From positions 472 through 64,471 of IMG/VR virus record IMGVR_UViG_3300048577_000544: a DNA stretch of 64,000 nt, one strand, 5' to 3'. Below, piece by piece: positions 8,239-17,683 of this stretch. This stretch comes from a virus. The notes beneath the pieces are model-generated. The model was not told the origin of the DNA. It saw only the letters and a program-made list of their open reading frames with translations, and did no database searches. Numbering within the stretch: position 1 is the stretch's first letter; each line of letters starts with the position of its first letter. The translations under genes and the position numbers were made by a program.

Positions 8239-10080
8239 ATGTCGCTTTTGTTTCCCGATCCGACGCAACCAGCGTTCCCGCTTGCCGAGCAAATCCAGTG
8301 GGACTTGCAGGGAGACAAGGGCGCGGCGGATCGGTTGCGCGGCGTGGGACTCCAAGTGATGGAGCAGTTAAAGCGAGAAAACGTCAACGATTACCCAATA
8401 TATCGCCTTGGTCCGTTTGAATATCCGGGCGGCGTGAGGGTTCGCGTGTTTCGCCAGAAGCAAATCTTCGTGGACCTGTACATCGTCTCCATCTACGCGC
8501 CGCCAAGTGAACAGCCGAAGCAGGTAGAAGATCGGGAGCTGATACCGGAGTTGGAGAAGGGTCAGTTCTATTGGGTGCCGGGGTGTGTGGCGCGGTATGA
8601 TGCCGTCAAGGACTCCAAGAACTGCATACCAAGCGGGCCGCTTGCGGGGGAGTCGGTAAGTGCAGCCGGTAATGCTTCTGGGGCAACCTCAGTGTTGGCT
8701 TACAGGTGTATTGACTTTGGCCTTCCAACCCCCGGTGCCTCTCCCGATGGGAGTATCGTCCGTAACTACCACGCGGTGGTTTTGCCGGGCAATTCGGTAG
8801 ATACGGCAATGGCGGATATAGATTCGGGCCTTACTTTTTCGGCTGACCATATCCCAACTTCGGGACCTTTTTCACTTTCGTGTATAGTAAAGCTCAATTC
8901 TCCTGTAAAAGTAGACTACAGTTTCACTGAAAAAACCAACGAACTCAATGATGGATTCACAAACTATAACATATTTAAGCCCAGGTTTCTGACGTCCGCT
9001 GATGGCGAATCATGGTCATCCCTTTGCCCTGGAAGTCTCGCCCCCCTAATCGGATGTCTTGAAATTTCCAGATTCTCTGACCATTGGGTCAAGATTACGC
9101 CCCCCTGGCCACCGTACAACGACAACTTTGTGGACAACGCAGTGCATGCGATTGGATATCGAGAGATCGGCACAATTTGCGCCGACGAACCGCTGCTGAC
9201 GTCCGACTATGATGCCGCGTCCCCCTATTGGGATAAGGTGACGACTGGCGAACTGGAGGCGCTTTCCGGGGAGTTTGATGGCGGGTGGGCAGAAAATACG
9301 GAGACGGCAAACACCACGCCTTATGCGTCGTATTGCCGTTTCAAGGTTTTGGGTAGCCACGTCAAGCCCGTTGGCACCCGCGCTATTCGCGCCCTGGATG
9401 GTGGCGAAAAAAGATATTCCACGGTCTACTCATGCAGTTATGACGAAGGCACAGACACTACGTCTTTCGTTCTCAAGGACTACCAACACAAGCTGTATAT
9501 GACCGAATCGGATGGTGAAGCCTCAATCATATTCGGACAACAGCCGTTCCCTGTCTGCCATCCGCAAGGTTATATGGTCGGCATGAACCTGTTGGGCATG
9601 TGCTGGTTTAATGGGAACCGCATCCTTGCTGGGAAGGTATGCGACTTCCAGGGAGAGTACGCATTACCTCCCACCATGTCCGATCCTCTGGAAATTGGCG
9701 AGTGGTATCATGTTTGTATGACATATGACGAAGAGGGGAAGACGAATCTATACACAACAAAGCTCGGTGTGCGGACAATTAATGTAAAGAGTTTTTTGCA
9801 ATCAACCTCAGTATTTATTCCAGACAAAGATTTAAAGTTTTATTCTGGCATTGAAATGTGGAACAACGCCCCAAGCGTTACAGCTCCATCTTCAGAATGG
9901 AGAGCCGCTTGGGTTTATTCAGCAGCAATGGACATTGGCCTGCCGAGATTTTATTTTCATGCACTCTCCGATGATGAAGTACGCGCGTTATTACTTGAGT
10001 CGTTCCATGGGGTATTTGTAGCGGACGATTACGAAGCCGCACAACTGATAGGGGCTGGCCTAACGCCAGTAACACTGTAG
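8239..10080 (+). CDS. Putative virion/tail-associated protein with LamG/ConA-like lectin segment
   Basis: AAGGAG RBS; EIGEWYHVCMTYD...TNLY and terminal RFYFHALSDDEV resemble LamG-fold signatures. Confidence 0.55.
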   Translation: MSLLFPDPTQPAFPLAEQIQWDLQGDKGAADRLRGVGLQVMEQLKRENVNDYPIYRLGPFEYPGGVRVRVFRQKQIFVDLYIVSIYAPPSEQPKQVEDRELIPELEKGQFYWVPGCVARYDAVKDSKNCIPSGPLAGESVSAAGNASGATSVLAYRCIDFGLPTPGASPDGSIVRNYHAVVLPGNSVDTAMADIDSGLTFSADHIPTSGPFSLSCIVKLNSPVKVDYSFTEKTNELNDGFTNYNIFKPRFLTSADGESWSSLCPGSLAPLIGCLEISRFSDHWVKITPPWPPYNDNFVDNAVHAIGYREIGTICADEPLLTSDYDAASPYWDKVTTGELEALSGEFDGGWAENTETANTTPYASYCRFKVLGSHVKPVGTRAIRALDGGEKRYSTVYSCSYDEGTDTTSFVLKDYQHKLYMTESDGEASIIFGQQPFPVCHPQGYMVGMNLLGMCWFNGNRILAGKVCDFQGEYALPPTMSDPLEIGEWYHVCMTYDEEGKTNLYTTKLGVRTINVKSFLQSTSVFIPDKDLKFYSGIEMWNNAPSVTAPSSEWRAAWVYSAAMDIGLPRFYFHALSDDEVRALLLESFHGVFVADDYEAAQLIGAGLTPVTL

Positions 10081-10089
10081 GAGGCTAAT

Positions 10090-10917
10090 ATGGACATTTT
10101 GACGCAGTATTACAACCATGGCGGCCAGATCGTCAGCAAAGTCCCCGGAATGGACACACGCGAGTTTTACCGGGATGTGATGTTTCGGCATCGGTTTAAG
10201 GAAATGTTCTGTGCGGGGTCGGAATCTGACGGCGTTGGTTTTGCATATTCAGATACTGGAATTTACTTGAACTGCGGAAATATGCCAGGGGGCTTACCGC
10301 TATCGAACATCAATGACGCCAGCGTTGTATATTCCATGGTGGCCGGGTCGAATGGCAATCAAGCCATACAACCAACGGCAATCAGCATGTTGCCGGCTGT
10401 CTCTGGATATAAAGCTTTTGCCCTTTCTACGGGAGAAAACGACACCGTAGATTTGAAAGTTAAAAACATACGGCTCCGCGCGGTTATTAAGCTGGGTGCT
10501 TCTATACGCAACATGAGCTTGCAAGTTTATGATGGAGCGACCGGCGCGGGAATCGAGGGAAAGCGCGAGACTTATTTTCAAATCGGCATCAACAAATGGG
10601 ATAACACTAGAATCATCCAGATGTATGCGCCGACGACTCTCTACAGGGGATATGCGTCTGACGCTGATTTAGATTGGTATGTAAGCAATAGCTACACCGA
10701 TGGATTCCTATTCGACAACGCATTTCATGTCTATGATGCCTTTCTGAATGTTGATGGGGCTATCAATCTGCAAGTAGACGGAGTTACCGTATTGAGTGGG
10801 AGCTTCCCATCCCCCTGGATAGAGGGGTTTTACTCTCCAGTATTGCAGGTGCTTTGTGGCTTTGATGATGGAACCGAAACCTATGCCATCGAATCGCTTG
10901 AGGTAAAAGCTATATGA
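10090..10917 (+). CDS. Hypothetical beta-rich protein (tail module)
   Basis: GAGG RBS; FHVYDAFLNVDGAINLQVDG is lectin-like; coupled to the next gene. Confidence 0.55.
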   Translation: MDILTQYYNHGGQIVSKVPGMDTREFYRDVMFRHRFKEMFCAGSESDGVGFAYSDTGIYLNCGNMPGGLPLSNINDASVVYSMVAGSNGNQAIQPTAISMLPAVSGYKAFALSTGENDTVDLKVKNIRLRAVIKLGASIRNMSLQVYDGATGAGIEGKRETYFQIGINKWDNTRIIQMYAPTTLYRGYASDADLDWYVSNSYTDGFLFDNAFHVYDAFLNVDGAINLQVDGVTVLSGSFPSPWIEGFYSPVLQVLCGFDDGTETYAIESLEVKAI

Positions 10918-11513
10918 AACTTCCCTACCCCCAAAGCGTCAACTGCTCCTTCGATGGATTCCCTGCGGCCATTGCTATGACCTGCGGCGAGAGGATAAAC
11001 GAAATTGAGCCGGGCGAATCCTACGGCTCTCGCCAAAGGTTGTTCCAAACCCCGAAGAGTCGGGTTCTCCAAGGCGAGTATGTGGTGGGGCAAGCGATAC
11101 CCGATCTTGCCGTGACCTACTCCGACACGGGCAGCGACGACGATTTCAGCATTAAGCTTTCACACATCGGCTACGGCACGTTCTACAAGCTTACAAAGTC
11201 CGACAAATATTTCCGCGCCATGGTCTACAAGGCCATTGTGATCGAGACGCCCACGGCAGGCAAAAAAGTCTTCGGCGATACCTTCGATTGTGAAACTCTT
11301 ATCCCAGCCGACACGGACACGACGGCGCTGTTCTCGTATGATGGGCCGGCTATCCAATATGTCGACACCGCCACCTCGGGAAGTGCCTCCGGGACCATCG
11401 TCATCGGGGGGCAGACTTACAACCTCGCGGAAGGTGCCAGCATCACGATCACATCGGCAACCGGCGGCACTCAAACGGTCACATTCGTCGGTGGCACATT
11501 CGTCGTCAACTAA
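10914..11513 (+). CDS. Hypothetical protein (tail module)
   Basis: ATGA overlap with the upstream gene; Thr/Gly-rich beta C-terminus. Confidence 0.55.
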   Translation: MKLPYPQSVNCSFDGFPAAIAMTCGERINEIEPGESYGSRQRLFQTPKSRVLQGEYVVGQAIPDLAVTYSDTGSDDDFSIKLSHIGYGTFYKLTKSDKYFRAMVYKAIVIETPTAGKKVFGDTFDCETLIPADTDTTALFSYDGPAIQYVDTATSGSASGTIVIGGQTYNLAEGASITITSATGGTQTVTFVGGTFVVN

Positions 11514-11547
11514 TCCCTGCCGGGTAGATAGAAAGGGAAACTATCGT

Positions 11548-13224
11548 ATGAGTGCTTCAATTCTCTCCTACATCGCCACCATGGACGCCGCCACCGTGGA
11601 CAACCCCACGGGTGACGGATTTTGCGTCACCCCGCTTTGCACCGGCACCGGAACCGGCACGTCTGGCTGTGTCGCTCTTGCCGATATCCCGGCCATGACC
11701 TGCGATGGCGTAGCCGATTGGGCACCGATAGGCATTGCCACGCTGCCGACTATGGCCGCCATGGGCACGACAGACGATTACCGCCCGGCCTGGGGTGATC
11801 TGTCCTTGCCCGCCCTTTCTGGCGACGGCACGGCACATGTGATCATTGAGTCGCAATGCCTGCTCACGCCGCTTTTCGGTGTCGGCTACACCGGGGCCGT
11901 GGCTAGTAATGCGATGCCTGCTTTTTCGGCCTACGGGATTGACGACTCTTTCAACCGTGCGGCGTCCGGTGCCGGGACAATTCCGTCCCTGACCGCTTCA
12001 ACGCTCGTTTGCGGCATCGACAAGCCCATCGACAACGGGGCGACATCCGCCGCCGTGGTCAACCTGCTCCAGCAGGGAAACACGACGATAGCCGATGCGG
12101 CCGAAGCAGTTTGCACTGGGATGACCACCTCCGACGCCAAGGCTTTGGTCCTGGTCCGGTATGTGTCGAATCTCCTGACGTACACCTCGGACAGTTCGAG
12201 CGGCATAGGCGACCGCTGGACGTGCGCCCTGGCGACCTTGCAGCGCGAGTACGGCGACTGCGAGGATGGGGCTATCCTGCTCCATTCTCTGCTTCTCGCG
12301 GCTGGCGTTAACCCTGGCCGCATCCGCACGGCGTTTGGAACGGCGATGTCCTCGGCACTTACCGAGGTCGGTCACGCCTGGGTCATGTATCGCCGACTGA
12401 CGGACGAGGAATGGATACCGTTGGAATGGACGGCGCAGCCGACGCCGTACACGGTCCCCATTTATTCCATCAATCGGCAAGTGGACCGGGCGGCCGACTA
12501 CACGGCGATTTCCTATATCTTGACCGATGAGAAATTCTACACCGTAGCAGACATCAACTACATCGCCAATCTCGCGGCGAATCGTTCAACCGGAGAAGCC
12601 GCGATACCGGCTCTTGAAGCTGACGGTGCTTCCGGTCCTCGGTGTGCCGCATCGCTTCGCCTGGGCAAGATGGACGCCACGGGGCAGGCCGGCGCAAGTC
12701 TTTCCGACTATCTGCCAAAATTGGTGGCGATGGGGAGCGGGCAACAGCTTGGAACAGCCCAAGGCGCGGCGATTATGCCGGCCCTGGCCGCCACCGGCTA
12801 CACTGGTGCCCACGGCGCGGCCTCGCTCTCGAAGCTGGCGGCGGTCGCGCAATGCGGCACATCGGCCAGCGGTAAGGCGAACATCCCGGCATTGACCCTT
12901 TCCGCTTCGGCCCAGGTCGATCTTCTGTGCGCCGGTTCGCTCTCGCTGCCCAAGCTGACGATGACGGGCCGGGGCAACGGTGGCTCCCTGCTGGCGGCTG
13001 CCGCGACACTGCCGCCTTTGGCAGTCACCGGCCGGGCCAAGCAAGGGCCTGTCGCCAAAGGTGCGGGCAAGCTCCCGCGACTCTCTTGCCTTGGTCATGC
13101 GGCTGTTCTTGTTGTGGCAGAGGGGGACGCCGAGTTGCCGCCGTTGGAAGGCCGAGGCCACGCGGTCAACGTCTCCACCTCCTGGGGCAAGCCTCTGCGA
13201 TATAATCCGAACCGGTGGGCGTAA
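11548..13224 (+). CDS. Repeat-rich fibre-like protein with inserted transglutaminase-like (LapG/BTLCP-type) cysteine protease domain
   Basis: Start at MSASIL (AAAGGG RBS); YTSD...DRW...GDCEDGAI...GHAW...PLEW gives a C-H-E triad; about 16 (G/A)-x2-3-(L/I/M)P-x-(L/M)-x3-G repeats on both sides. Confidence 0.7.
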   Translation: MSASILSYIATMDAATVDNPTGDGFCVTPLCTGTGTGTSGCVALADIPAMTCDGVADWAPIGIATLPTMAAMGTTDDYRPAWGDLSLPALSGDGTAHVIIESQCLLTPLFGVGYTGAVASNAMPAFSAYGIDDSFNRAASGAGTIPSLTASTLVCGIDKPIDNGATSAAVVNLLQQGNTTIADAAEAVCTGMTTSDAKALVLVRYVSNLLTYTSDSSSGIGDRWTCALATLQREYGDCEDGAILLHSLLLAAGVNPGRIRTAFGTAMSSALTEVGHAWVMYRRLTDEEWIPLEWTAQPTPYTVPIYSINRQVDRAADYTAISYILTDEKFYTVADINYIANLAANRSTGEAAIPALEADGASGPRCAASLRLGKMDATGQAGASLSDYLPKLVAMGSGQQLGTAQGAAIMPALAATGYTGAHGAASLSKLAAVAQCGTSASGKANIPALTLSASAQVDLLCAGSLSLPKLTMTGRGNGGSLLAAAATLPPLAVTGRAKQGPVAKGAGKLPRLSCLGHAAVLVVAEGDAELPPLEGRGHAVNVSTSWGKPLRYNPNRWA

Positions 13225-13230
13225 TCGACC

Positions 13231-13503
13231 ATGCCCAGCTTGTTTGATCCTCTTGTGTTCCTGGAACGCGAAACACGTTGCGAGGTTGCCCTTGATGACG
13301 AGGGGGTGGTGCGCCTGAAGTTCGACCGGCGGCATACCCCGGAGAACATCAAAAAGGCCCAGGCCGTGGCCAAGCGGTATGACCGGCTGCTGACGTTGCA
13401 GCTACGGGAGGGACACAAAAGCGTTCAAAAGCTCTTGGCGCTCGGCAAGATCAAGCTGGTTGGCAGGCGGTATGTCCTGCCGGGGGCTACTCCGTCTCCT
13501 TGA
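13231..13503 (+). CDS. Small hypothetical protein, paralogue of 32551-32823
   Basis: Aligns by eye with the prophage ORF (FDP..L...C...L..G.V.L.FD...D.LL.LQL...VQ.L.A.G.I....RYV). Confidence 0.7.
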   Translation: MPSLFDPLVFLERETRCEVALDDEGVVRLKFDRRHTPENIKKAQAVAKRYDRLLTLQLREGHKSVQKLLALGKIKLVGRRYVLPGATPSP

Positions 13504-14254
13504 GTTGTGTGCCCGATCTGCCTACAGGGCGCTCGTAATAATCTTCAATGCGCCGTACCAATTCATTACGAGCAAGCCCAGCTTCCTCTTCTGTTTCAAA
13601 TTCTATTGAAATGCCGTCATCAAATTCCGAGTCCACAGACACATATCCGGTTATACTTGTTTTAAAGCTATAACCCTTTGTTCTTGTGCCATCACTGAGA
13701 TCGACAAAGGATATAATCCCATACTCGACATCTGATACCCCATTGATGTGCGCGAGGGGTATAAGCCGGCCACCGAGAAAAACAAGATTTTTAAGTTCTC
13801 CCCGAGCCTCGAAGTTGTAAGGGCATTGTTTTTCGGCATCATCTTTATCATTCATGCTATCTGCTTCCTCTGCCTCAATCAACGCCTTCAGCTGTTCTTG
13901 TGGCAAATGGTTAAATCCATGACAACCTGTCAAAATGGCATGTTTTATTGTTGGCGGGTAATCGCGACATAGTCCTGGCTTCAAATCTTCAATACGACAA
14001 CGATAAGCGTCTTTCTTTGGGAGCTTCCGAAGCCAAGGACAACGCCGAGCGCTCTCCCCCTCGGCGGGATGGACCCAAATGTCGTATCCGACCGGAACTT
14101 TTTTGTTATAAAACACGTAAACCCATTCTAAAATATCATATCGCTCGGCACGTTTCCACATCCTGTAGTCCGTGCCAGAAACGCTGGCCGCGCAGGCATT
14201 CAGTTCAAGGCAGCAATGGCCACAACGCTTGCAGATAAAACCCCTTGGCGGCAT
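13487..14254 (-). CDS. YkgJ-family cysteine-cluster protein with C-terminal extension
   Basis: CKRCGHCC...CPWL...CRIEDLKPGLCRDYP pattern; an internal Met (MNDKDD) suggests a fusion of two domains. Confidence 0.7.
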   Translation of the reverse strand: MPPRGFICKRCGHCCLELNACAASVSGTDYRMWKRAERYDILEWVYVFYNKKVPVGYDIWVHPAEGESARRCPWLRKLPKKDAYRCRIEDLKPGLCRDYPPTIKHAILTGCHGFNHLPQEQLKALIEAEEADSMNDKDDAEKQCPYNFEARGELKNLVFLGGRLIPLAHINGVSDVEYGIISFVDLSDGTRTKGYSFKTSITGYVSVDSEFDDGISIEFETEEEAGLARNELVRRIEDYYERPVGRSGTQLKETE

Positions 14255-14808
14255 AAGTACCCTCCCTGTTTATCGGGCCTGCTCCCGGCGTAAAAGGCTC
14301 TGCCTGGAATATGAGAATTAATCGGCAAAAGGTAGGACCGATACCGGGGAAGGCAAGGGATTTTGTGGAGCGAATGCATAACCGACTTTTAACGACCAGG
14401 AAGGCGTTTTCCGTGTGGGATGGCAGATTGTATGGGGCGAGGTGCTTACGTCGATTCTACGCGCGGAAATGGCGTCCTGTACTGGTAGATTTGAGACAAA
14501 AGGGCGTGACCTGGTTAATGCTCCGGGGTCTCATTTCCGAACATCGACGTAATCAACTTTTCGGCGTCGGCGTCTCGATGACAATGATCGACAAAGCCCT
14601 CGGGAAGGATGGCAAGCAAACCCTCGAATCGAGCGCGTGAAATGCCGGCCTTTTTCCATGGGCGCTGCGACTCGTACTGACGGCGGGTGACTTTAAGGAT
14701 CGCCCAAGGCTTCTCTTGTTTCGGATTCCGTTGCATGAAGATCGGGTAACATCACTTTACAAAACCTTGAAGTGAAAACATGTCGTATTTGACGAGGCGT
14801 TGCCGGGC

Positions 14809-14843
14809 AAAAAAAGCGGCCCATCCCCGGAGAGACAGGCCGC
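14809..14843 (-). terminator. Putative intrinsic terminator
   Basis: GCGGCC...GGCCGC stem followed by a T-run on the - strand, downstream of the 14972-17311 operon. Confidence 0.45.
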
Positions 14844-14971
14844 AATTCATCACAGAAATTAAAGTTTGAACGGTCTACGCCAGCAACCAGGACACGGACC
14901 ACGACGGGCGGAACCATGCCCATAAGTCGCGGCCGATCTCGGCACAGTTGTCGGTGAAGCGAAAAATATAA

Positions 14972-15655
14972 CTACGCATGGCATTCCTCCTCATCGGCTT
15001 CCTCTTCAAAACAGCCCTTGTTGGATTTTCGGTAGCCGGCAAGCTTGGCCAGTTTTGCCAATTCTGGAAGCACGGAAAACTGTTCGTCGCGCTGGATATA
15101 CGCTTCCGCGACGTCGGCCAGTAGTAAACCCACGGGGTTAGCGCTTTCGTCCTCTTCGGGCTTAAGCATGTCCGCCAATGCGCACAGCTTGCGCCAGTGC
15201 TGGTCAATAAATTTGCTGCCCTCTTTCATGTCGTCACTAATGGACTCGTAAAGCTTCGCCACCTTGGCGCGGTGTTCGTCGCTGAATTCTGGCTCATCCT
15301 CTTCGGGTTCATCTTTGGGAGCCTCGTTGGCCGGCGCTATGGGCGGGGTAACGCTGACGATCAAGTTGAAAGCCTTCCTCGTCACGGTGTCATGTACGGA
15401 TGCCCGCTCTTCGGGATTCAGGTCGCTAAGCTCCCCTTTGATCTCGTCCATTTGGGCAACCACGCGGTCGAGCTTTTCCAGCACATCGGCCGTGGTCGCG
15501 GTGTCTGCGTGTTCGTCGTTGCCGGGCACGCTCTGCGGAGCCTCACGACGGTAGAACGGCTCCGTAGGGGAGGGCTCTTCGTAGTCCTCGGGTACACCGA
15601 CAAGAGCAATAGGCTTGCGACCGGAGAAGAGATTCCAAAAATTGAAGTTACGCAT
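14972..15655 (-). CDS. Hypothetical acidic helical protein
   Basis: Start at MRNFNF with GGAGG RBS; 227 aa. Confidence 0.55.
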   Translation of the reverse strand: MRNFNFWNLFSGRKPIALVGVPEDYEEPSPTEPFYRREAPQSVPGNDEHADTATTADVLEKLDRVVAQMDEIKGELSDLNPEERASVHDTVTRKAFNLIVSVTPPIAPANEAPKDEPEEDEPEFSDEHRAKVAKLYESISDDMKEGSKFIDQHWRKLCALADMLKPEEDESANPVGLLLADVAEAYIQRDEQFSVLPELAKLAKLAGYRKSNKGCFEEEADEEECHA

Positions 15656-16250
15656 GGCTAGCCTCCATCGGCTCGGACGTGTTGGCGGAAGGTTCAGCGT
15701 GGCCAAATAGCGAAGCCTGGGCATGGGGACTACGAAGGTGAATCTCACCTAAAAAGCCCTCTTGGGGGACAGAATGACCAGAACTATGGCCGGGGTCGCT
15801 CCCGTCTATTCTTGAGCGCGAAACAGTGTCCTGTACTGTTCCAAAACCGTATTTCCGCCCTTGCTCCCGTCGCTTCTCCCTAGCCGCTGCCGAGTAGAAA
15901 GGATTTTTGCCACATCGGTACGGCCAAAGGGAACAACCTTCCATCCCAAGATAGGCCAGCCCGGCAACGCAAGCGGTCGCGTCCTCCTGGGGAAGGCAGC
16001 TTTCGGCGCAATACGATTTGATGAGGCGCAGCAACCGACGATCCGCGCCGGCTTCGATGGTGCCGCAACGATACTGGTGGAACTTGCACGTGGTCGTCGC
16101 ACAGGCTCCAACCAACAAAGGGTTGCCGCCCATGCAGACACGGCAAAAAGTTTGAATAGCCAAAAGCGGAGTTGTGCGCTTGCCCTGGAATCCGGGCAAA
16201 GTGGTAAGGTTGCCTCGGGCGCGAGGCTGCATTAAAGAGCGCGTAGCCAT
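15648..16250 (-). CDS. Protein with tandem duplicated Cys-rich (zinc-binding) motif
   Basis: AIQTFCRVCMGG...C....CKFHQYRCG and LIKSYCAESC...C...CSLWPYRCGKNP; GGAGG RBS. Confidence 0.65.
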   Translation of the reverse strand: MATRSLMQPRARGNLTTLPGFQGKRTTPLLAIQTFCRVCMGGNPLLVGACATTTCKFHQYRCGTIEAGADRRLLRLIKSYCAESCLPQEDATACVAGLAYLGMEGCSLWPYRCGKNPFYSAAAREKRREQGRKYGFGTVQDTVSRSRIDGSDPGHSSGHSVPQEGFLGEIHLRSPHAQASLFGHAEPSANTSEPMEASHA

Positions 16251-16326
16251 GACACTACCTCCATTGGGTAGGGTTACTGGTTAGGCCCTGGTTCGGTGCT
16301 CGTAACACCTGCCGGGGCCGTTTTAT

Positions 16327-16644
16327 TTACGAGTCGCCCGGATCGCTCGGGGCGTCGTCCTCTCTTGGCTGTGACAGGACTCGGTCAATCTCTTCCTTCG
16401 TGATGTACCACTTGCGAAGCCCGATCCGCTTGGCCTTGATGGTGCCATTGGCGCACCATCGCCTTACCGTTGTGGCGGGTATTCCTGACAGCTTCGCTAG
16501 CTGTGTGACCGAAAACAATGTCCTATCTTCCATGTCTCCCTCGTGCTCTAGGTGGCCGGCAAGCTTATCGAGGCTTTCGGGGCCAACCTCGCGCAGTAAC
16601 TCGACCAGCCTTTTATATTCGAACTCGTCTTTAAGCTGCTTCAC
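16327..16644 (-). CDS. Excisionase-like HTH protein
   Basis: FSVTQLAKLSGIPATTVRRWCANGTIKAKRIGLRKWYITKEEIDR. Confidence 0.8.
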   Translation of the reverse strand: MKQLKDEFEYKRLVELLREVGPESLDKLAGHLEHEGDMEDRTLFSVTQLAKLSGIPATTVRRWCANGTIKAKRIGLRKWYITKEEIDRVLSQPREDDAPSDPGDS

Positions 16645-17311
16645 TTATGGACCTCAAATAGACCTGACGCACAACTGGGGGCGTCCAGGCGCGGCCCGTC
16701 TTGGTCAAGATGCCATCGGCATTCATCTGGTTGGCAATCCGATGGTAACCATGCCCCTTCGCTCTCAAACTCTCGATGAGACGTAAGCCCCTCTGCTCTG
16801 CCGGGTTCTCCACCAGCTTGCCGGCCAACACATCGAAGCCGAAGGGGATGCCCCCGCCGGTCTTTTCTCCACGGCTCCGCTTGGCTTTCAGTGCATCTTT
16901 TGTGCGCTCCCCGATGGCTTCTCGTTCCCATTGGGCCACGCTCATCAACACGTTTAGCACCAACCTTCCGCCGGCACTGCTCGTGTCTACCTGTTCGGCC
17001 ACCACGAGAAGATGGGCATTCCCACTGAAATGCTGTTCCAGAAGATCGCCCATGTCGCGGACAGAACGCGTCAGTCGGTCTAACTTGGCGATCAGTAGGC
17101 CGGCAGCCTTCCCGGCGCGAAGGGCATCAAGCACGCTTTGCAACCCATGGCGGCGAAGGTTTTTTCCGCTGGCGGCCTCGGTGACGACCTCCACCATCTC
17201 GTGGCCGTACAGATCGCAGTAAGCCCTAAGCTTTGCGGTTTGGGCTTCTAGGCCCAGCCCGCTTGCGCCCTGCTCGTCAGTGGAAACCCTGGCGTAACCG
17301 ATGACTTTCAT
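16631..17311 (-). CDS. Serine recombinase (resolvase domain plus short recombinase domain)
   Basis: GYARVSTDEQ (catalytic Ser), EAASGK, AKLDRLTR, ERTKDALKAKR..GEKTGG; GGAGGG RBS. Confidence 0.93.
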   Translation of the reverse strand: MKVIGYARVSTDEQGASGLGLEAQTAKLRAYCDLYGHEMVEVVTEAASGKNLRRHGLQSVLDALRAGKAAGLLIAKLDRLTRSVRDMGDLLEQHFSGNAHLLVVAEQVDTSSAGGRLVLNVLMSVAQWEREAIGERTKDALKAKRSRGEKTGGGIPFGFDVLAGKLVENPAEQRGLRLIESLRAKGHGYHRIANQMNADGILTKTGRAWTPPVVRQVYLRSISEAA

Positions 17312-17573
17312 GGTGCCGCCCTCCGTTGGCTGAAACGTGGCACAGTGGTCGATAAATGTCAAAAAGTATTTTTATGGTCATTGTCCAGAGCGGAAATCGT
17401 AGCCCTTCGACCGATGACTTACGGTTTTGGCCTATGGCGGTCAAAGTGGCTCAGATGGAGCTTGTCATTGTGCTTCTGGCCAAGGACACCACGGCCTTGC
17501 CCGAGAAGGCCGGCATGAGATACATTCAAGCCGACACCATCAAGATCGAGGAGGACCGGCCTTTGTGCGCCGC

Positions 17574-17672
17574 GTCCTGGGCAAGACGCGCTTCGAGCTA
17601 TTCAAGGCCGGTAAGCTGTCCCTGTCGGGCATGGTGACGGACGGGCGGATCAAGAAACTTTCGGAACTGTAG
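17574..17672 (+). pseudogene. C-terminal remnant of a phage minor head morphogenesis (SPP1 gp7/Mu gpF-like) gene
   Basis: VLGKTRFELFKAGKLSLSGMVTDGRIKKLSEL* resembles the family C-terminus; the upstream part is unrelated. Confidence 0.45.
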
Positions 17673-17683
17673 AAGGAGAGAGC

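Larger units (their letters stand above)
14800..17430 (-). mobile_element. Nested serine-recombinase mini-element
   Basis: Opposite-strand operon: serine recombinase, Xis-like HTH, Cys-repeat protein, hypothetical protein, terminator. Ends not defined. Confidence 0.45.

Noticed and set aside
8239-13224. Second (trans) DGR target in the island fibre module
   Set aside because: No TR-like sequence was found at the 3' ends of these genes or elsewhere by eye.
14311-14640. 109-aa + strand ORF
   Set aside because: No motif, weak RBS and isolated orientation; not supported as a gene.
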